Below, one piece after another: positions 28,974 to 39,520 of a stretch of 64,000 nucleotides of DNA; within the stretch, counting starts at the first letter, position 1, and the number at the start of each line of letters is the position of its first letter. Position numbers and translations under genes: made by a program. This DNA is from an uncultured virus (IMG/VR IMGVR_UViG_3300044727_000045). Taxonomy: Duplodnaviria > Heunggongvirae > Uroviricota > Caudoviricetes. The DNA lies in the IMG/VR virus record IMGVR_UViG_3300044727_000045. One strand, given 5' to 3'. The notes under the pieces were generated by a model. It ran no database searches. It was not told where the DNA came from and saw only the letters and a list, made by a program, of their open reading frames with translations.

Positions 28974-31900
28974 ATGGCTATCTCGGCGCGTACTGCAACT
29001 AGCGGCACCGCTGCTTCGGGCGCGTCGTTTTCTATAACGCTGCCGACCAGTACGACAACAGGAGACTATCTTGTTGTCGTCATTGGTACGGCTGCTACGA
29101 CAGGACCAACAGCTCCAACTGGCTGGACGAGACAGTACACAGGCAGTGCGGGCACGTTGCAATCGTGTTCAGTCTATACCGCACAATATAGCGCGGGACT
29201 AACACTCAGCTTTACGAACGTCTCAGCCCTCGGGGCTTGGGCGTGTAACTCGTACTTCGAGGCTGGCAGAACAGTCTCACTTGACGTCGCACCTGTGGGT
29301 GCGACCAGTACGGGTAACAACACTGCGATGGTCACTGGCGCACCAGTGTCGGCTACGGCTGGTGACTATGAGGTCCTTCTCTATGCTTGGACTTCAGCCG
29401 CTACTCTGAACGCTGTTAGCGGCATGACGGTCGATAAGACCCAGGCCAATAGCACTACCATCTCAGTTTCGCTCGGGCACAACAACACTAACCCGATTGG
29501 TTCGGGTGTGACGTGTCCCGCATTTGCTCCGACCCTGAGTGCTACTAACAATCGCAAGTCAGGTGTCGGGTTACTGCTTCGGCCCAAGTTCCTTATTGGT
29601 ACTTCAGCGGGTAAGGCTATAGCTTCGGCTAGTGGGGGCGGTGGACCGATTGCTCTAATCGCTTCTCTCGCCGAATGTCCTGGCACGTCCCATGGATTCA
29701 CGACCAGTGCGCTAGACACTACAGGTGCAAACCTATTCGTTATCGGCGTTGGCGGGATCAACGGCCCCTGGACTCTGACAGATTCTAAGGGCTTCACTTA
29801 CTCTCAGGCCGAGTATATCGACGGCTCGGGGTTCGGCAACCCTCGTGGTAATGCTATCTACTATGCCACAGGGACAGGCGGTTCGGGGCATACGTTCACC
29901 ATTGCGGGCACGTCTAATTTCACAGCTCTCTGCGTCGCTGCCTATAGTAACGCAGCGGCCAGTCCGCTTGGCTCGCCTAGCTCACACATCTCAAACCCTG
30001 GGTCGGCGACGTCGATACCTGGCTCAATTACTCCTGACGTTGCCAATGCGCTGGTCGTTACGACCGAGGGAGGCCAGGACAGCAGCTCAACTCCGGTGAC
30101 AATCAGCGCCGGCTTCTCAACGCCACTAGCGGTTGCGGACGGTGGCGGTCGCCAGATGTCAAACCTGTCATATCAGGTCCAGACAGCAGCAGTGGCGGCA
30201 AATCCGACCTGGACCTTACCTGGATCACCCGCCAACTGGTCGACGATCGCGTTCTTCAAATCAGTCCCTAGTGGTGGCGGACTGACGACGAAACGTAGTC
30301 TTACAGGAACTTCAGTTGGTACGAGCACGGCTTCTGGTACGATCACCAAGGGCACATCTGGTGGGACTACCTACAAGGATCTTACAGGTACAGCATCTGG
30401 TACGAGCACGGCTGCGGGCACGATCAGCAAGGGTACTACCGGAACACCTCCTCCGGGCTACGCTCTGGTGGCGTCGATCTCGGGGCAGGGTCACGACACC
30501 TTTAGCACGGCGGCAATTGATACGACCGGGGCGAACCTGCTGGTCGTCTGCTGGTGCCAGGCGCAAAACAAACCGACGCTGTCTGACAACAAGGGCAATA
30601 CCTACGTCCTGGCCAGGGAAAACGATGGCGGGGATCGGAACTCGGCCATCTCGTACTTGGCGGTGCCGACGGTGGGCACCAATCACATCCTGACCCTGAC
30701 CGGCACTGACATCTACGCCTCGGCGCAGTTCTACGCCTTCAGCGGGTCAGTGGCGACACCGCTCGACCAGACCGGCCAAGCCATTGACTACACCGATGTC
30801 ATGAGCGGCCCAACGCTGACCCCCACCGAGGATGGCGAGCTGCTGATCGCCATTGACCAGTTCGACAATAGCTCCACGATCGGCACCTGGGGGCCTAGTG
30901 GCTGGTCGGCGGCGCTGGGCTTCGCAGGCACTGGCGGCAGCATCCTGGGCTCCTGCTCGAGCTACCTGATCCAGACTGCCGCAGCCGCTGCGACGCCGGT
31001 CCATACCCTGACCAGCCCGCAGGGTCATTTCATCACGATGGCGACCTTTAAGGCGAGTGGTGTATCCACTGGGACCACTCGCAATCTAACAGGTAGCGCA
31101 TCCGGGGCTAGCAGCGTTGCGGCGACGGTTACACGTAAAAGACCTCTGGTTGCCGCCAGTGCCGGTGTAGCTGGTTCGACAGCAACCGCATCCCGTCTTC
31201 GTAGTCTGAATGCCAGCAGTGCGGGTGTTGCAACTGCTTCAGCAACATCGTCCAGGAAGCGTCCAGTAGTCCCAACTACGATACCTGGCGTAGCTGCAAC
31301 TACGGCTAGTATTGCTCGTAAGAGAATCCTGCCAACAGTATCTTCGGCTGGTGTAGCTGCTGAAACAGGACAGCCAACCAGACGCAAGCCCATTGTTGCT
31401 ACGTCAACAGGTATTGCGTCAACAGTCGCGACAGCTACTCGTCGGCGTAGCTTATCTGTCAGTGTTGCTGGTATCGCGACAGCAGTCGCAACGATCAGTA
31501 GCATACCCGCATCACCATATGACCCAGACACTGCCGCCTATCTTGCCGCTAGTGGGCTGGATGCGGCTACATATGGTGAGACACTCGATGGCCTGGTCAT
31601 AGGTCTCAAGACAGCTGGCCTGTGGACCAAGATGGCTGCCATCTACCCGTTTGTTGGCGGCACGGCAGCTCTTCACAAGTGGAACCTCAAAGACCCGCGT
31701 GACCTCGACGCGGCCTACCGGCTGACGTTCAATGGTGGTACACACTCGACAGCCCTGGGCTACAAGCCGAACGCCGCCCCGGACTCCACGCTCTTCTGCG
31801 GCGACACACACTTTGTTCCGTCTGGGCCGCTCGATATCAATTCTACCCACCTGTCGCTCTACTCGTTGTCGACTATGGGTAACGCAGCTCGCTGCGACAT

Positions 31901-34028
31901 GGGTCACTACAACTGGGACGGCGCTACGGGCCGGTTCCACATCATCTCGCACTACACGAGCGGCGAGTTCTACTTCTCGATGGCTGCGACCGATACCGCG
32001 AGTGGGTCGGGTGGGGATGGCAGCGGACTGTATATCGCCACGCGGACCAGTGGAAGTTATCAGGCGGGCTACCGCAACGGGGTCCTGATCGGGTCGAGCA
32101 CGTCGGCGGTCTACGCGCTACCGAATGTCCCGGTGCTCATCGGGGGATTGAACGGCTACGCCCGCGAGTACTCGGACATCCCATTCGGTTTCGCCTCTAT
32201 TGGCGAGGGGCTGACGGCCCAGAATGCAACCGATCTCTACACCGTGGTCCAGGCGTACCAGACTGCTCTTGGTCGGCAGGTTGGTGTATCCGCGATCACC
32301 CGTGAGCTAACGGGTAGTGCATCTGGGGCTAGCACTGCTACAGCAACAGCTACACGTCAAAGATCTCTGACTGCAGTCAGTGCTGGCGTCGCTAGCTCGA
32401 CAGCAACCTTATCTCGCCGTAGAAGTCTGACTGTTGCTGCGACGAGCACTAGCACTACTGTATCCACCATCGTAGCTAGAAGATCCCTAACTGCATCCAG
32501 TAATAGCACCGCATCTGCTACAGGGTCTATCAAGCGCGCAGTACTCCTGACTGTTGCTTCGTCTGGTAGTACAACTGCCTCAGCTACTATTGCTAATCGC
32601 AAGACCTACAATGGTCTGACAGTTGGTATAGCATCCGCAGGGGCACAGGTTAGAGCCAAGCGCCTTCTTACAGCAACATCGGTAGGCAGCACGGTTGCGT
32701 CTGGTAATCTGCAGAAGAGTGGTTCGCTGTACATCAGCAGTGCAGGTAGCTCTACAGCCAGTGCTACGGTAACTAGACGCCGATCTGTAGTAGCAACAAG
32801 TGCAGGCTCTACAGCTACACTCGCAACTGCTAATGCCAAGAGAATAGTAATTCCAACTACCTCCAGTGCTGGAAGCACCCAGGCTATTGGAAGTCTAGCC
32901 AAAGTTGGAGCACCAGTCTACCGAGATCTGCTTGCTAATAGTGCAGGTAAGACAACTGTAGCTGTCTCTGTTACAGCATGGCGCAGACTTACTGCTACTT
33001 CAGCAGGTGTCACTACTGTAGCTGTTATCTTCAAGCACGAGCGCAACCTGATAGTTACTGCTACAGGTACATCTACTGCTACGGGTACGTCTATAACCAG
33101 ACGACGCCCACTACTAGCAGTATCCAATGGTGGCTCTGTCAGTGCTACAGCTATCGCGAGCCGTAAGAGACAGCTACTTGCCTCCAGTGCTGCAAGTACA
33201 GTATCCAATGGCATAGTATCTGTACAGCACAGACTCGTAGGAACATCTACGGGTAATAGCACTACGAGTGCACAGGTATTGAAGACCAGGGTTGCGCTTG
33301 TACCTTCTCCAGTCGTGGGTACAACCACGACTACGGCGAACATCAATGCCAGGCGTGTCCTTAATGCGAACCCTGTCGTTGGCAGTACAGCAACCTCAGG
33401 ATCTCCTACCACCAGCTCCACGTTTATGCGTGGGAATGTCTACAGCTTTACTGTAGCCAGTGCTAGTGTTAGTCGAAGGCGTAAGATAACCGCAGTATCC
33501 GCAGGTAGTTCGTCTGCGAGCACCTCCATACTGCGTAGGAGACTACTGTCTGGTAATAGTGGGGGTACCAGCACAAGTGCGGCCATAGTTCGGGTAGGAC
33601 GCACTGTGACGAGCCCCAATACATCAGTGGGTGTGGCGGGTACCGTAACTACTGGCATTACCAGGATCAAGACCATCATAGCTATAGATTTCCTTGGGCA
33701 GATATGGGCGAAGGGTGTGGCAGACGCTACAGCCCTGAAACCAACTCGCAGGATAACTATAGTACCGCTGTCTACTGTTGCGGGTAAGGCGACAGTAAGC
33801 ACACAGACGCCCAGAAGGTACAGGAATCTTAGCGCCGGAGCTAATGGTATCTCCACTACGCATTCGGCAATCTCCAATTCTGTTATTGTGGTCTGGAACG
33901 GATCTACTTTTGCTTTGGGTGGAGCAAACCCTGTAGTATTATGGGATAATACGGAATTTGTCATCACTGGTGATGGTGACATTACCGGATGGAAAGATTC
34001 TACTGACCAGTTTACTCCGGTGAGGTAA
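28974..34028 (+). CDS. very large Thr/Ser/Ala-rich fibre-like structural protein with repeat and lectin-like modules
   Basis: 1684 aa; periodic RRR/RKR repeats; two paralogous DTTGANL modules. Confidence 0.75.
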   Translation: MAISARTATSGTAASGASFSITLPTSTTTGDYLVVVIGTAATTGPTAPTGWTRQYTGSAGTLQSCSVYTAQYSAGLTLSFTNVSALGAWACNSYFEAGRTVSLDVAPVGATSTGNNTAMVTGAPVSATAGDYEVLLYAWTSAATLNAVSGMTVDKTQANSTTISVSLGHNNTNPIGSGVTCPAFAPTLSATNNRKSGVGLLLRPKFLIGTSAGKAIASASGGGGPIALIASLAECPGTSHGFTTSALDTTGANLFVIGVGGINGPWTLTDSKGFTYSQAEYIDGSGFGNPRGNAIYYATGTGGSGHTFTIAGTSNFTALCVAAYSNAAASPLGSPSSHISNPGSATSIPGSITPDVANALVVTTEGGQDSSSTPVTISAGFSTPLAVADGGGRQMSNLSYQVQTAAVAANPTWTLPGSPANWSTIAFFKSVPSGGGLTTKRSLTGTSVGTSTASGTITKGTSGGTTYKDLTGTASGTSTAAGTISKGTTGTPPPGYALVASISGQGHDTFSTAAIDTTGANLLVVCWCQAQNKPTLSDNKGNTYVLARENDGGDRNSAISYLAVPTVGTNHILTLTGTDIYASAQFYAFSGSVATPLDQTGQAIDYTDVMSGPTLTPTEDGELLIAIDQFDNSSTIGTWGPSGWSAALGFAGTGGSILGSCSSYLIQTAAAAATPVHTLTSPQGHFITMATFKASGVSTGTTRNLTGSASGASSVAATVTRKRPLVAASAGVAGSTATASRLRSLNASSAGVATASATSSRKRPVVPTTIPGVAATTASIARKRILPTVSSAGVAAETGQPTRRKPIVATSTGIASTVATATRRRSLSVSVAGIATAVATISSIPASPYDPDTAAYLAASGLDAATYGETLDGLVIGLKTAGLWTKMAAIYPFVGGTAALHKWNLKDPRDLDAAYRLTFNGGTHSTALGYKPNAAPDSTLFCGDTHFVPSGPLDINSTHLSLYSLSTMGNAARCDMGHYNWDGATGRFHIISHYTSGEFYFSMAATDTASGSGGDGSGLYIATRTSGSYQAGYRNGVLIGSSTSAVYALPNVPVLIGGLNGYAREYSDIPFGFASIGEGLTAQNATDLYTVVQAYQTALGRQVGVSAITRELTGSASGASTATATATRQRSLTAVSAGVASSTATLSRRRSLTVAATSTSTTVSTIVARRSLTASSNSTASATGSIKRAVLLTVASSGSTTASATIANRKTYNGLTVGIASAGAQVRAKRLLTATSVGSTVASGNLQKSGSLYISSAGSSTASATVTRRRSVVATSAGSTATLATANAKRIVIPTTSSAGSTQAIGSLAKVGAPVYRDLLANSAGKTTVAVSVTAWRRLTATSAGVTTVAVIFKHERNLIVTATGTSTATGTSITRRRPLLAVSNGGSVSATAIASRKRQLLASSAASTVSNGIVSVQHRLVGTSTGNSTTSAQVLKTRVALVPSPVVGTTTTTANINARRVLNANPVVGSTATSGSPTTSSTFMRGNVYSFTVASASVSRRRKITAVSAGSSSASTSILRRRLLSGNSGGTSTSAAIVRVGRTVTSPNTSVGVAGTVTTGITRIKTIIAIDFLGQIWAKGVADATALKPTRRITIVPLSTVAGKATVSTQTPRRYRNLSAGANGISTTHSAISNSVIVVWNGSTFALGGANPVVLWDNTEFVITGDGDITGWKDSTDQFTPVR

Positions 34029-34474
34029 TGAGTCGACAACGTGTAGCCAACCTGATGCTTCAGGATATACCGTGGGATGGTATTGAGCTCGCGGCACCTT
34101 TGACGCTGCCTGGTGCATTGCTAGCTCCTTCTTACGTTGAGCAAGCCCAGATTGCTCAACCATCTACCCCTCCAGCAGGGAAGATGCGCCTCTATCCCAA
34201 ATCAGATGGGCAATACTATGTCCTGGATGCCAATGGCGTAGAGACCCCTATAGGTAGCGGCACGGCGGGACCACCAGCAGCATCATCCTTTATTTACACA
34301 CAGTTGATGCCGCAAGCCACATGGACTGTCACACATGCCCTGAATGGATTCCCTTCAGTTACAGTGGTCGATACGGGTAACACCGTCATCATTCCTGATG
34401 TCCACTATGACTCTTCCAACGCCATAACCATCAAGTTTGGTTCGGCCACCTCAGGAAAGGCGTATTTGAACTGA
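34028..34474 (+). CDS. fibre-associated protein
   Basis: TWTVTHALNGFPSVTVVD...SGKAYLN C-terminal module. Confidence 0.7.
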   Translation: MSRQRVANLMLQDIPWDGIELAAPLTLPGALLAPSYVEQAQIAQPSTPPAGKMRLYPKSDGQYYVLDANGVETPIGSGTAGPPAASSFIYTQLMPQATWTVTHALNGFPSVTVVDTGNTVIIPDVHYDSSNAITIKFGSATSGKAYLN

Positions 34475-36240
34475 TGCCAACGCTTGGTGCTCCTCTTGAC
34501 TTCGCTACCTATGAGGCGCGCAGCCTGCGAGCGCACCAGTTAGGCGCAGCTCCGTCATCTCCTGTCACAGGCCAGCTTTACTACAACACTGCCGACAACA
34601 CGCTGTACTGGCGCGACAACATCGGTTGGGTATCTGGGCGTGGGCTGACGATTCCGCTCGGCCAACACTTACTGTTCACCCCTGACGCCACTTATGATAT
34701 CGGCGCTGTTGCAGCCAACCGTCCTCGCTCGATTTACGCCACCTCTGGCATTGTCGCAGGTAGTGCCGGGACATCAGTAACGATTGGTCAAGCATCTCCC
34801 GGCGTATATATCGCCGGGGCTGCTGGCGGCAGCATGGTGCTCGGCGTCAACGGCGCAGACCGCTGGTACATCGACTACAACGGCGGCCATTTGACTCCGA
34901 ACACCGACGCTGCAATCGACATCGGCAACACACTGCCAGTCAGGCGCGTCCGCAGTCTGTACCTGAGTAACTTCGCCCAGATCGCCGGGATCACGACGCC
35001 AGCCAATCCGCCCGCAGGCTCGTTCAAGTTCTACCCCAAGTCGGACGGCAACTTCTACAGGCTGGACAGTGCAGGCAACGAGTCGGTCTTTAGCGTGGGT
35101 GGTGCGACACCGCCAGCTACAACTACAACACAGGGTATCATTCAGCTAGCGGGTGATCTAACAGGTACCGCTGCAAGCCCTCAGATTGCAGCGGGGGTCA
35201 TTACCGACGCTGACGTCAACGCAGCTAACAAGGACGGTGCGGTAGGCACCGCGAGCATGCGCACGCTCGGTTCAGGTGCAACACAGGCAATGCCTGGCAA
35301 CCGTACTCTGGATGCGATCGCTTTACCGACAGGACCAGTAGCCCACAATGGTCAGCGTATCACAGGTCTAGCGGATCCTGCTTCACCACAGGATGGTGCG
35401 ACCAAGAACTACGTAGATGCTACTGTTCAAGGTTTAGATATAAAGCAATCAGTCCGTTTGGCATCCACAGGCAATATCAGTATCTCGTCGGCTCCAACGA
35501 CGCTCGACGGCGTGACGATGGTATTGGGCGACCGGATATTGCTCAAAGACCAGACCACACCATCTGAGAATGGCCTCTGGATATTCAATGTTGCTGGCTT
35601 AGGTCTGACTCGCACGCCTGACGCAGATATTAGTGCTGAAGTTACGTCTGGCATGTATACCTTCGTTGAAGAAGGTACAGTCAACGCAGATAGTGGCTGG
35701 ACATTGACGACTAATAACCCGATTGTCCTGGGCACTACGGGTTTGACTTTCGCACAGTTCTCGGGTGCTGGTTCAGTCGTTGCTGGTGCGGGCCTGACAA
35801 AGACGGGCAACACGCTTGACGTAATCGGCACGACCAACCGTATCTCTGTTGCGGCAGACTCTATTGACATTTCAGCTACGTATGTTGGTCAGACGTCTAT
35901 CACTACTCTGGGGACTGTCACGGCAGGCACCTGGAACGGTACAGCAATTGGCTTAGCCAACGGTGGTACAGGTCAGACTACTGCCAAAGCGGCTCGTGAG
36001 TCTGGTCTGCTTTCGGCAGGGTACTACTCCAGTGCCACCCACGGTGCGGGAACAACAATCTCTATTCCCCAGGCAACACACTTGCTTCGCGCCACACGCG
36101 GTCTGGTCGTCCAGGCACAGATTGAAGCCACAGGGGAGATGGTTCTGCCTGATATCTCGGTCGCAGCCAACGGCGATGTGACAATCACCTTCGGGCTTAG
36201 CCAGACAGCTAACACTATCCGGGCGACGATTGTCGGCTGA
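34474..36240 (+). CDS. tail fibre protein
   Basis: ATKNYVD, KQSVRLAST, DRILLKDQT..SENG, FVEEGT, FAQFS motifs. Confidence 0.8.
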   Translation: MPTLGAPLDFATYEARSLRAHQLGAAPSSPVTGQLYYNTADNTLYWRDNIGWVSGRGLTIPLGQHLLFTPDATYDIGAVAANRPRSIYATSGIVAGSAGTSVTIGQASPGVYIAGAAGGSMVLGVNGADRWYIDYNGGHLTPNTDAAIDIGNTLPVRRVRSLYLSNFAQIAGITTPANPPAGSFKFYPKSDGNFYRLDSAGNESVFSVGGATPPATTTTQGIIQLAGDLTGTAASPQIAAGVITDADVNAANKDGAVGTASMRTLGSGATQAMPGNRTLDAIALPTGPVAHNGQRITGLADPASPQDGATKNYVDATVQGLDIKQSVRLASTGNISISSAPTTLDGVTMVLGDRILLKDQTTPSENGLWIFNVAGLGLTRTPDADISAEVTSGMYTFVEEGTVNADSGWTLTTNNPIVLGTTGLTFAQFSGAGSVVAGAGLTKTGNTLDVIGTTNRISVAADSIDISATYVGQTSITTLGTVTAGTWNGTAIGLANGGTGQTTAKAARESGLLSAGYYSSATHGAGTTISIPQATHLLRATRGLVVQAQIEATGEMVLPDISVAANGDVTITFGLSQTANTIRATIVG

Positions 36241-38471
36241 TGCCCAAGGTCATCTCGCCACTACTATTCGCTAACGACAACAGCTACAGCATTGGCGCGG
36301 CTGGCGCAAGTCGGCCAAATGCGGTGTATGTCGGGGGCTTTGTCGCGGCAGGCCTGAGTCCGTACACGCTGACCCTGGGCTCTTCCTCAGGCGGCGTCTA
36401 TATCACCCCTAGCGCGACTGATGTCATGCAGTTCGGGACGGCCGGGACACCCAGGTTCAATATCACCGCCAGCGGACACCTGCTCGCCGCGACAGATAAC
36501 ACTTACGACATTGGCGCAGCAGGTGCTACCAGACCCCGTACTGTCTATGCTGCCACAAGTTTCATAGGTCCAGGGGCAGTACCCACTGGAGGTACTGCTG
36601 GTCAGGTACTCAGCAAGGTTGATGCAACAAACTACAATCTTGCTTGGATAACTCCTGCTGGCGGTGGTGGTGGAATCACACTACCGTTGGGGCAGCACCT
36701 TACCTTCAGTCCCGATGCAACCTACGACATCGGTGCTAGTGGTGCGAGCAGGCCTCGCGACATCTACACATCTGGTGCTGTTCGCGCTGATAACCTGTAC
36801 GCTAACAGCCGCCTCTATGCCAACTCGTGGGAATCCACGGGTACCAATTCGCGCATGACGGCGCGGATGAACATTGACGGCGGCACCGACACCCTGATTA
36901 TCATCAATGCCTGGGCCAACCGCGAATCAGTGCTGAATGTCACACCGGCGGGCACTGGTGTCGGTGGCGGCTATCGTATCTACCACGCCTCAGACGTAAA
37001 CAACTCGGCCTACCTGTTGTCGGGCATCGACGCGACCGCAAGTTATCTCGACTCGAACAAGTCAGGCACGGGTGTTAGTAAGGGTCTGTCACTGAGGATC
37101 CAGGGCACAGAGCGCTGGCAGATCAGCACGGCGGGCCATCTGCTCGCGGGAGCTGACAACACCTACGACATTGGGGCATCAGCTTCAGGCAGACCACGCT
37201 ATGTCTACGTCGGCACCGGCGTCATCACGCCAGTGGTGGCGACCCCGCTGGTGCAGTCGGCCACAACGTTGCAGTTCTATGCGAGCAACGTCGCCAAGTG
37301 GCGCATCCACACGACCGGGGATCTGTGGGCCGAGACTGACAACGCTTTCGACATCGGCGCTAGCAGTTCCGTCCGGCCGCGCGACCTGTACCTGGCTGGA
37401 ACAGCGAATATCGGCAGTAATGGCCAGATCTACAGCGTCGCGGGCAGCGTCCCAGGCATCGTCGTTGCCAGCACAGTAAGTACTGGAGGAGCACAGCTAG
37501 CGTCCACTAATACCACTCAGATCACATCCAATGCGTTGTGGAATGGGTCGGCCTGGACGCGTATCACCACAGGGGCTGCGAGCACTCTCCAGATGTTGCC
37601 TGGAGCGATGTCGTTCTATACAGCGCCGAGTGCAGCAGCAGCGGTGCCTCCTGCTTTTGCTACCGTCATGAGTGTTGACGTGAGTGGCAACCTGTCTGTT
37701 AGTGGTAATCTGATTTCGAATGGTGGTAACCTTTCGGTCACTGGTAACATAACATCCACTGGAGGCAACCTGTCGATTGCTGGTGGTGGTAGCTTTAGTG
37801 CATATACAACATTCTTCACCCCGAGCAGTGCGGGTGTTGCCGACCCTGGATCGAGTCTAGGGGCTATCCAAATCCAACCTAACAGCGGTGGCGGCGCGTC
37901 GATGATCTGCTTTCACCGTCCGGGTTCCTATGCTACGTACTTCGGCCTGGATACCGACAACATCTTCAGGGTCGGCGGCTGGAGTGCAGGTGCAGTGGCC
38001 TACCGCTTGACTCTGGGTGACGGATATAACAATCCCTCGCTGAGCATGGGTGGTACCAACGTTGGGACCAACGGCGTGCTGCTGTCGGTCCATGCTAACT
38101 ACTACGGCGGCGTCTACTACTCAACCACCGGATCGTTCGTCACCTGGAGTCAGACCGATCACAAGCGGAACATCCAACCGCTACAGACCAGGCAACTATG
38201 GAACCGCGAACGAAGGACCATCAAGTACCAGCAGATGGATATCGATTGGGATGACAAGCATCCTGGTAACTACATCTGGCATGAGCCTAAAGCTGACAAA
38301 CCGTACAGCTACGGGTTCGACGTGGATGAGTGGGCTGCGGATTTTCCTGAGTTGGTGGTCGATGCTCCTGGGGGAATCAAAGGCATGAACTATGTTGGCA
38401 TGATTCCTATTCTGTGGGAAGCAGTACGAGACCTGCGTGCTGAGATCCAGTTACTCAAGGAGAAACGATGA
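36240..38471 (+). CDS. tail fibre protein with C-terminal intramolecular chaperone (S74-like) domain
   Basis: repeated DNTYDIGA.GA.RPR; SQTDHKRNIQPL...FPELV...MNYVGMIPILWEAVRDL. Confidence 0.8.
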   Translation: MPKVISPLLFANDNSYSIGAAGASRPNAVYVGGFVAAGLSPYTLTLGSSSGGVYITPSATDVMQFGTAGTPRFNITASGHLLAATDNTYDIGAAGATRPRTVYAATSFIGPGAVPTGGTAGQVLSKVDATNYNLAWITPAGGGGGITLPLGQHLTFSPDATYDIGASGASRPRDIYTSGAVRADNLYANSRLYANSWESTGTNSRMTARMNIDGGTDTLIIINAWANRESVLNVTPAGTGVGGGYRIYHASDVNNSAYLLSGIDATASYLDSNKSGTGVSKGLSLRIQGTERWQISTAGHLLAGADNTYDIGASASGRPRYVYVGTGVITPVVATPLVQSATTLQFYASNVAKWRIHTTGDLWAETDNAFDIGASSSVRPRDLYLAGTANIGSNGQIYSVAGSVPGIVVASTVSTGGAQLASTNTTQITSNALWNGSAWTRITTGAASTLQMLPGAMSFYTAPSAAAAVPPAFATVMSVDVSGNLSVSGNLISNGGNLSVTGNITSTGGNLSIAGGGSFSAYTTFFTPSSAGVADPGSSLGAIQIQPNSGGGASMICFHRPGSYATYFGLDTDNIFRVGGWSAGAVAYRLTLGDGYNNPSLSMGGTNVGTNGVLLSVHANYYGGVYYSTTGSFVTWSQTDHKRNIQPLQTRQLWNRERRTIKYQQMDIDWDDKHPGNYIWHEPKADKPYSYGFDVDEWAADFPELVVDAPGGIKGMNYVGMIPILWEAVRDLRAEIQLLKEKR

Positions 38472-38749
38472 CTCTACCCGTAGAACCTACACCACCAGAC
38501 ACAATAGGTACGCAACCCCGGAGTGCTGTCGAGATCAACGGGTTGGTCGGTACACACTTGCGGGACTTCCTGGCTGTAAAGATCCATATCAACCAGGACC
38601 ATGAGTTCTTTTCTGTGACTGACCTGAAGGCTGCCCCGTACTACTTCAGCCCGGAGCAGGAAGCTGTGCTCAAGAGTGCGATCACGGACCTGGACACCGC
38701 CCTGGATGCTGTGGACCTGACATTTATCAGCCAGATTGTGGGGATGTAG
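38468..38749 (+). CDS. hypothetical protein (fibre assembly?)
   Basis: AAGGAG RBS, ATGA overlap. Confidence 0.6.
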   Translation: MTLPVEPTPPDTIGTQPRSAVEINGLVGTHLRDFLAVKIHINQDHEFFSVTDLKAAPYYFSPEQEAVLKSAITDLDTALDAVDLTFISQIVGM

Positions 38750-38750
38750 G

Positions 38751-39053
38751 GTGAAGCGTATCAAGCTTCGCAAAATCAAACTAGATGGTAATGAGCTCGA
38801 GTGGGCTGAAATCTTGCGACAAGTAGTTCAGCGCCCACTCGATCCTCAGCGTGGGGTGGACATTGATGAAATGCGCAAGAGTATCAGGTTGCTCGATATT
38901 ATCGACGCCAGCAATGGTGTGCTAGAGCTTGAGGACTCGGACTGGGAATACCTAAAGAGTAAGACGGTTGCGATGCAATGGGCAGTTATTGATCGTAACA
39001 TCGTCAAGCTTGTTGACGAAGTAGTTCTGGCTACGGAGGAGCCAGCACTCTAG
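38751..39053 (+). CDS. hypothetical protein (fibre assembly?)
   Basis: LELEDSDWEYLK; GTG start. Confidence 0.6.
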   Translation: MKRIKLRKIKLDGNELEWAEILRQVVQRPLDPQRGVDIDEMRKSIRLLDIIDASNGVLELEDSDWEYLKSKTVAMQWAVIDRNIVKLVDEVVLATEEPAL

Positions 39054-39520
39054 TGCCTCTGGCAACTGTTCCAAGATTTGAGGATCCAGCATTTGTCGTT
39101 GATGCTGTAGATCCTAGCACGGCACCTGTATGGGGTGTATCACCACAGTTGAAGTGGGATGACCCCAATGGGCAGATGTTTATGTTCACGGGTTCTAACG
39201 AGTTTATTCTCGCTAACCCTGCCATGGATTTGGAGCAGTTGATCGTCAAGTCGCTAGTTACTGAGCGTCTGATGTATGCTGCCTATGATAAAGAGTTTGG
39301 TTCGGACTTCTGGGTCATTATTGGGCGACACCTGAGCGACCTGGCAATTCAATCAATCTCGGAGCGATATGTACGGGAGGCTCTTGGCAACATTGATCTC
39401 ATCCGCCAGATTGATCAATTCTTTGCACGAGTGGCAGGTGATACGCTATACTTGTCGTTCCGGGTAATTAGTATCTCGGGACACGAGAAAGAATTCAGCT
39501 TCGCAAGGACTGTTCGGTGA
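39053..39520 (+). CDS. baseplate wedge protein (XkdS/DUF2634, gp25-like)
   Basis: KSLVTERLMYAAYDKEFGSD, RYVREAL. Confidence 0.8.
   Translation: MPLATVPRFEDPAFVVDAVDPSTAPVWGVSPQLKWDDPNGQMFMFTGSNEFILANPAMDLEQLIVKSLVTERLMYAAYDKEFGSDFWVIIGRHLSDLAIQSISERYVREALGNIDLIRQIDQFFARVAGDTLYLSFRVISISGHEKEFSFARTVR

Noticed and set aside
34474..38471. Diversity-generating retroelement template/variable repeats
   Set aside because: Repeats are protein-level with synonymous divergence, not adenine-specific; no reverse transcriptase in the window
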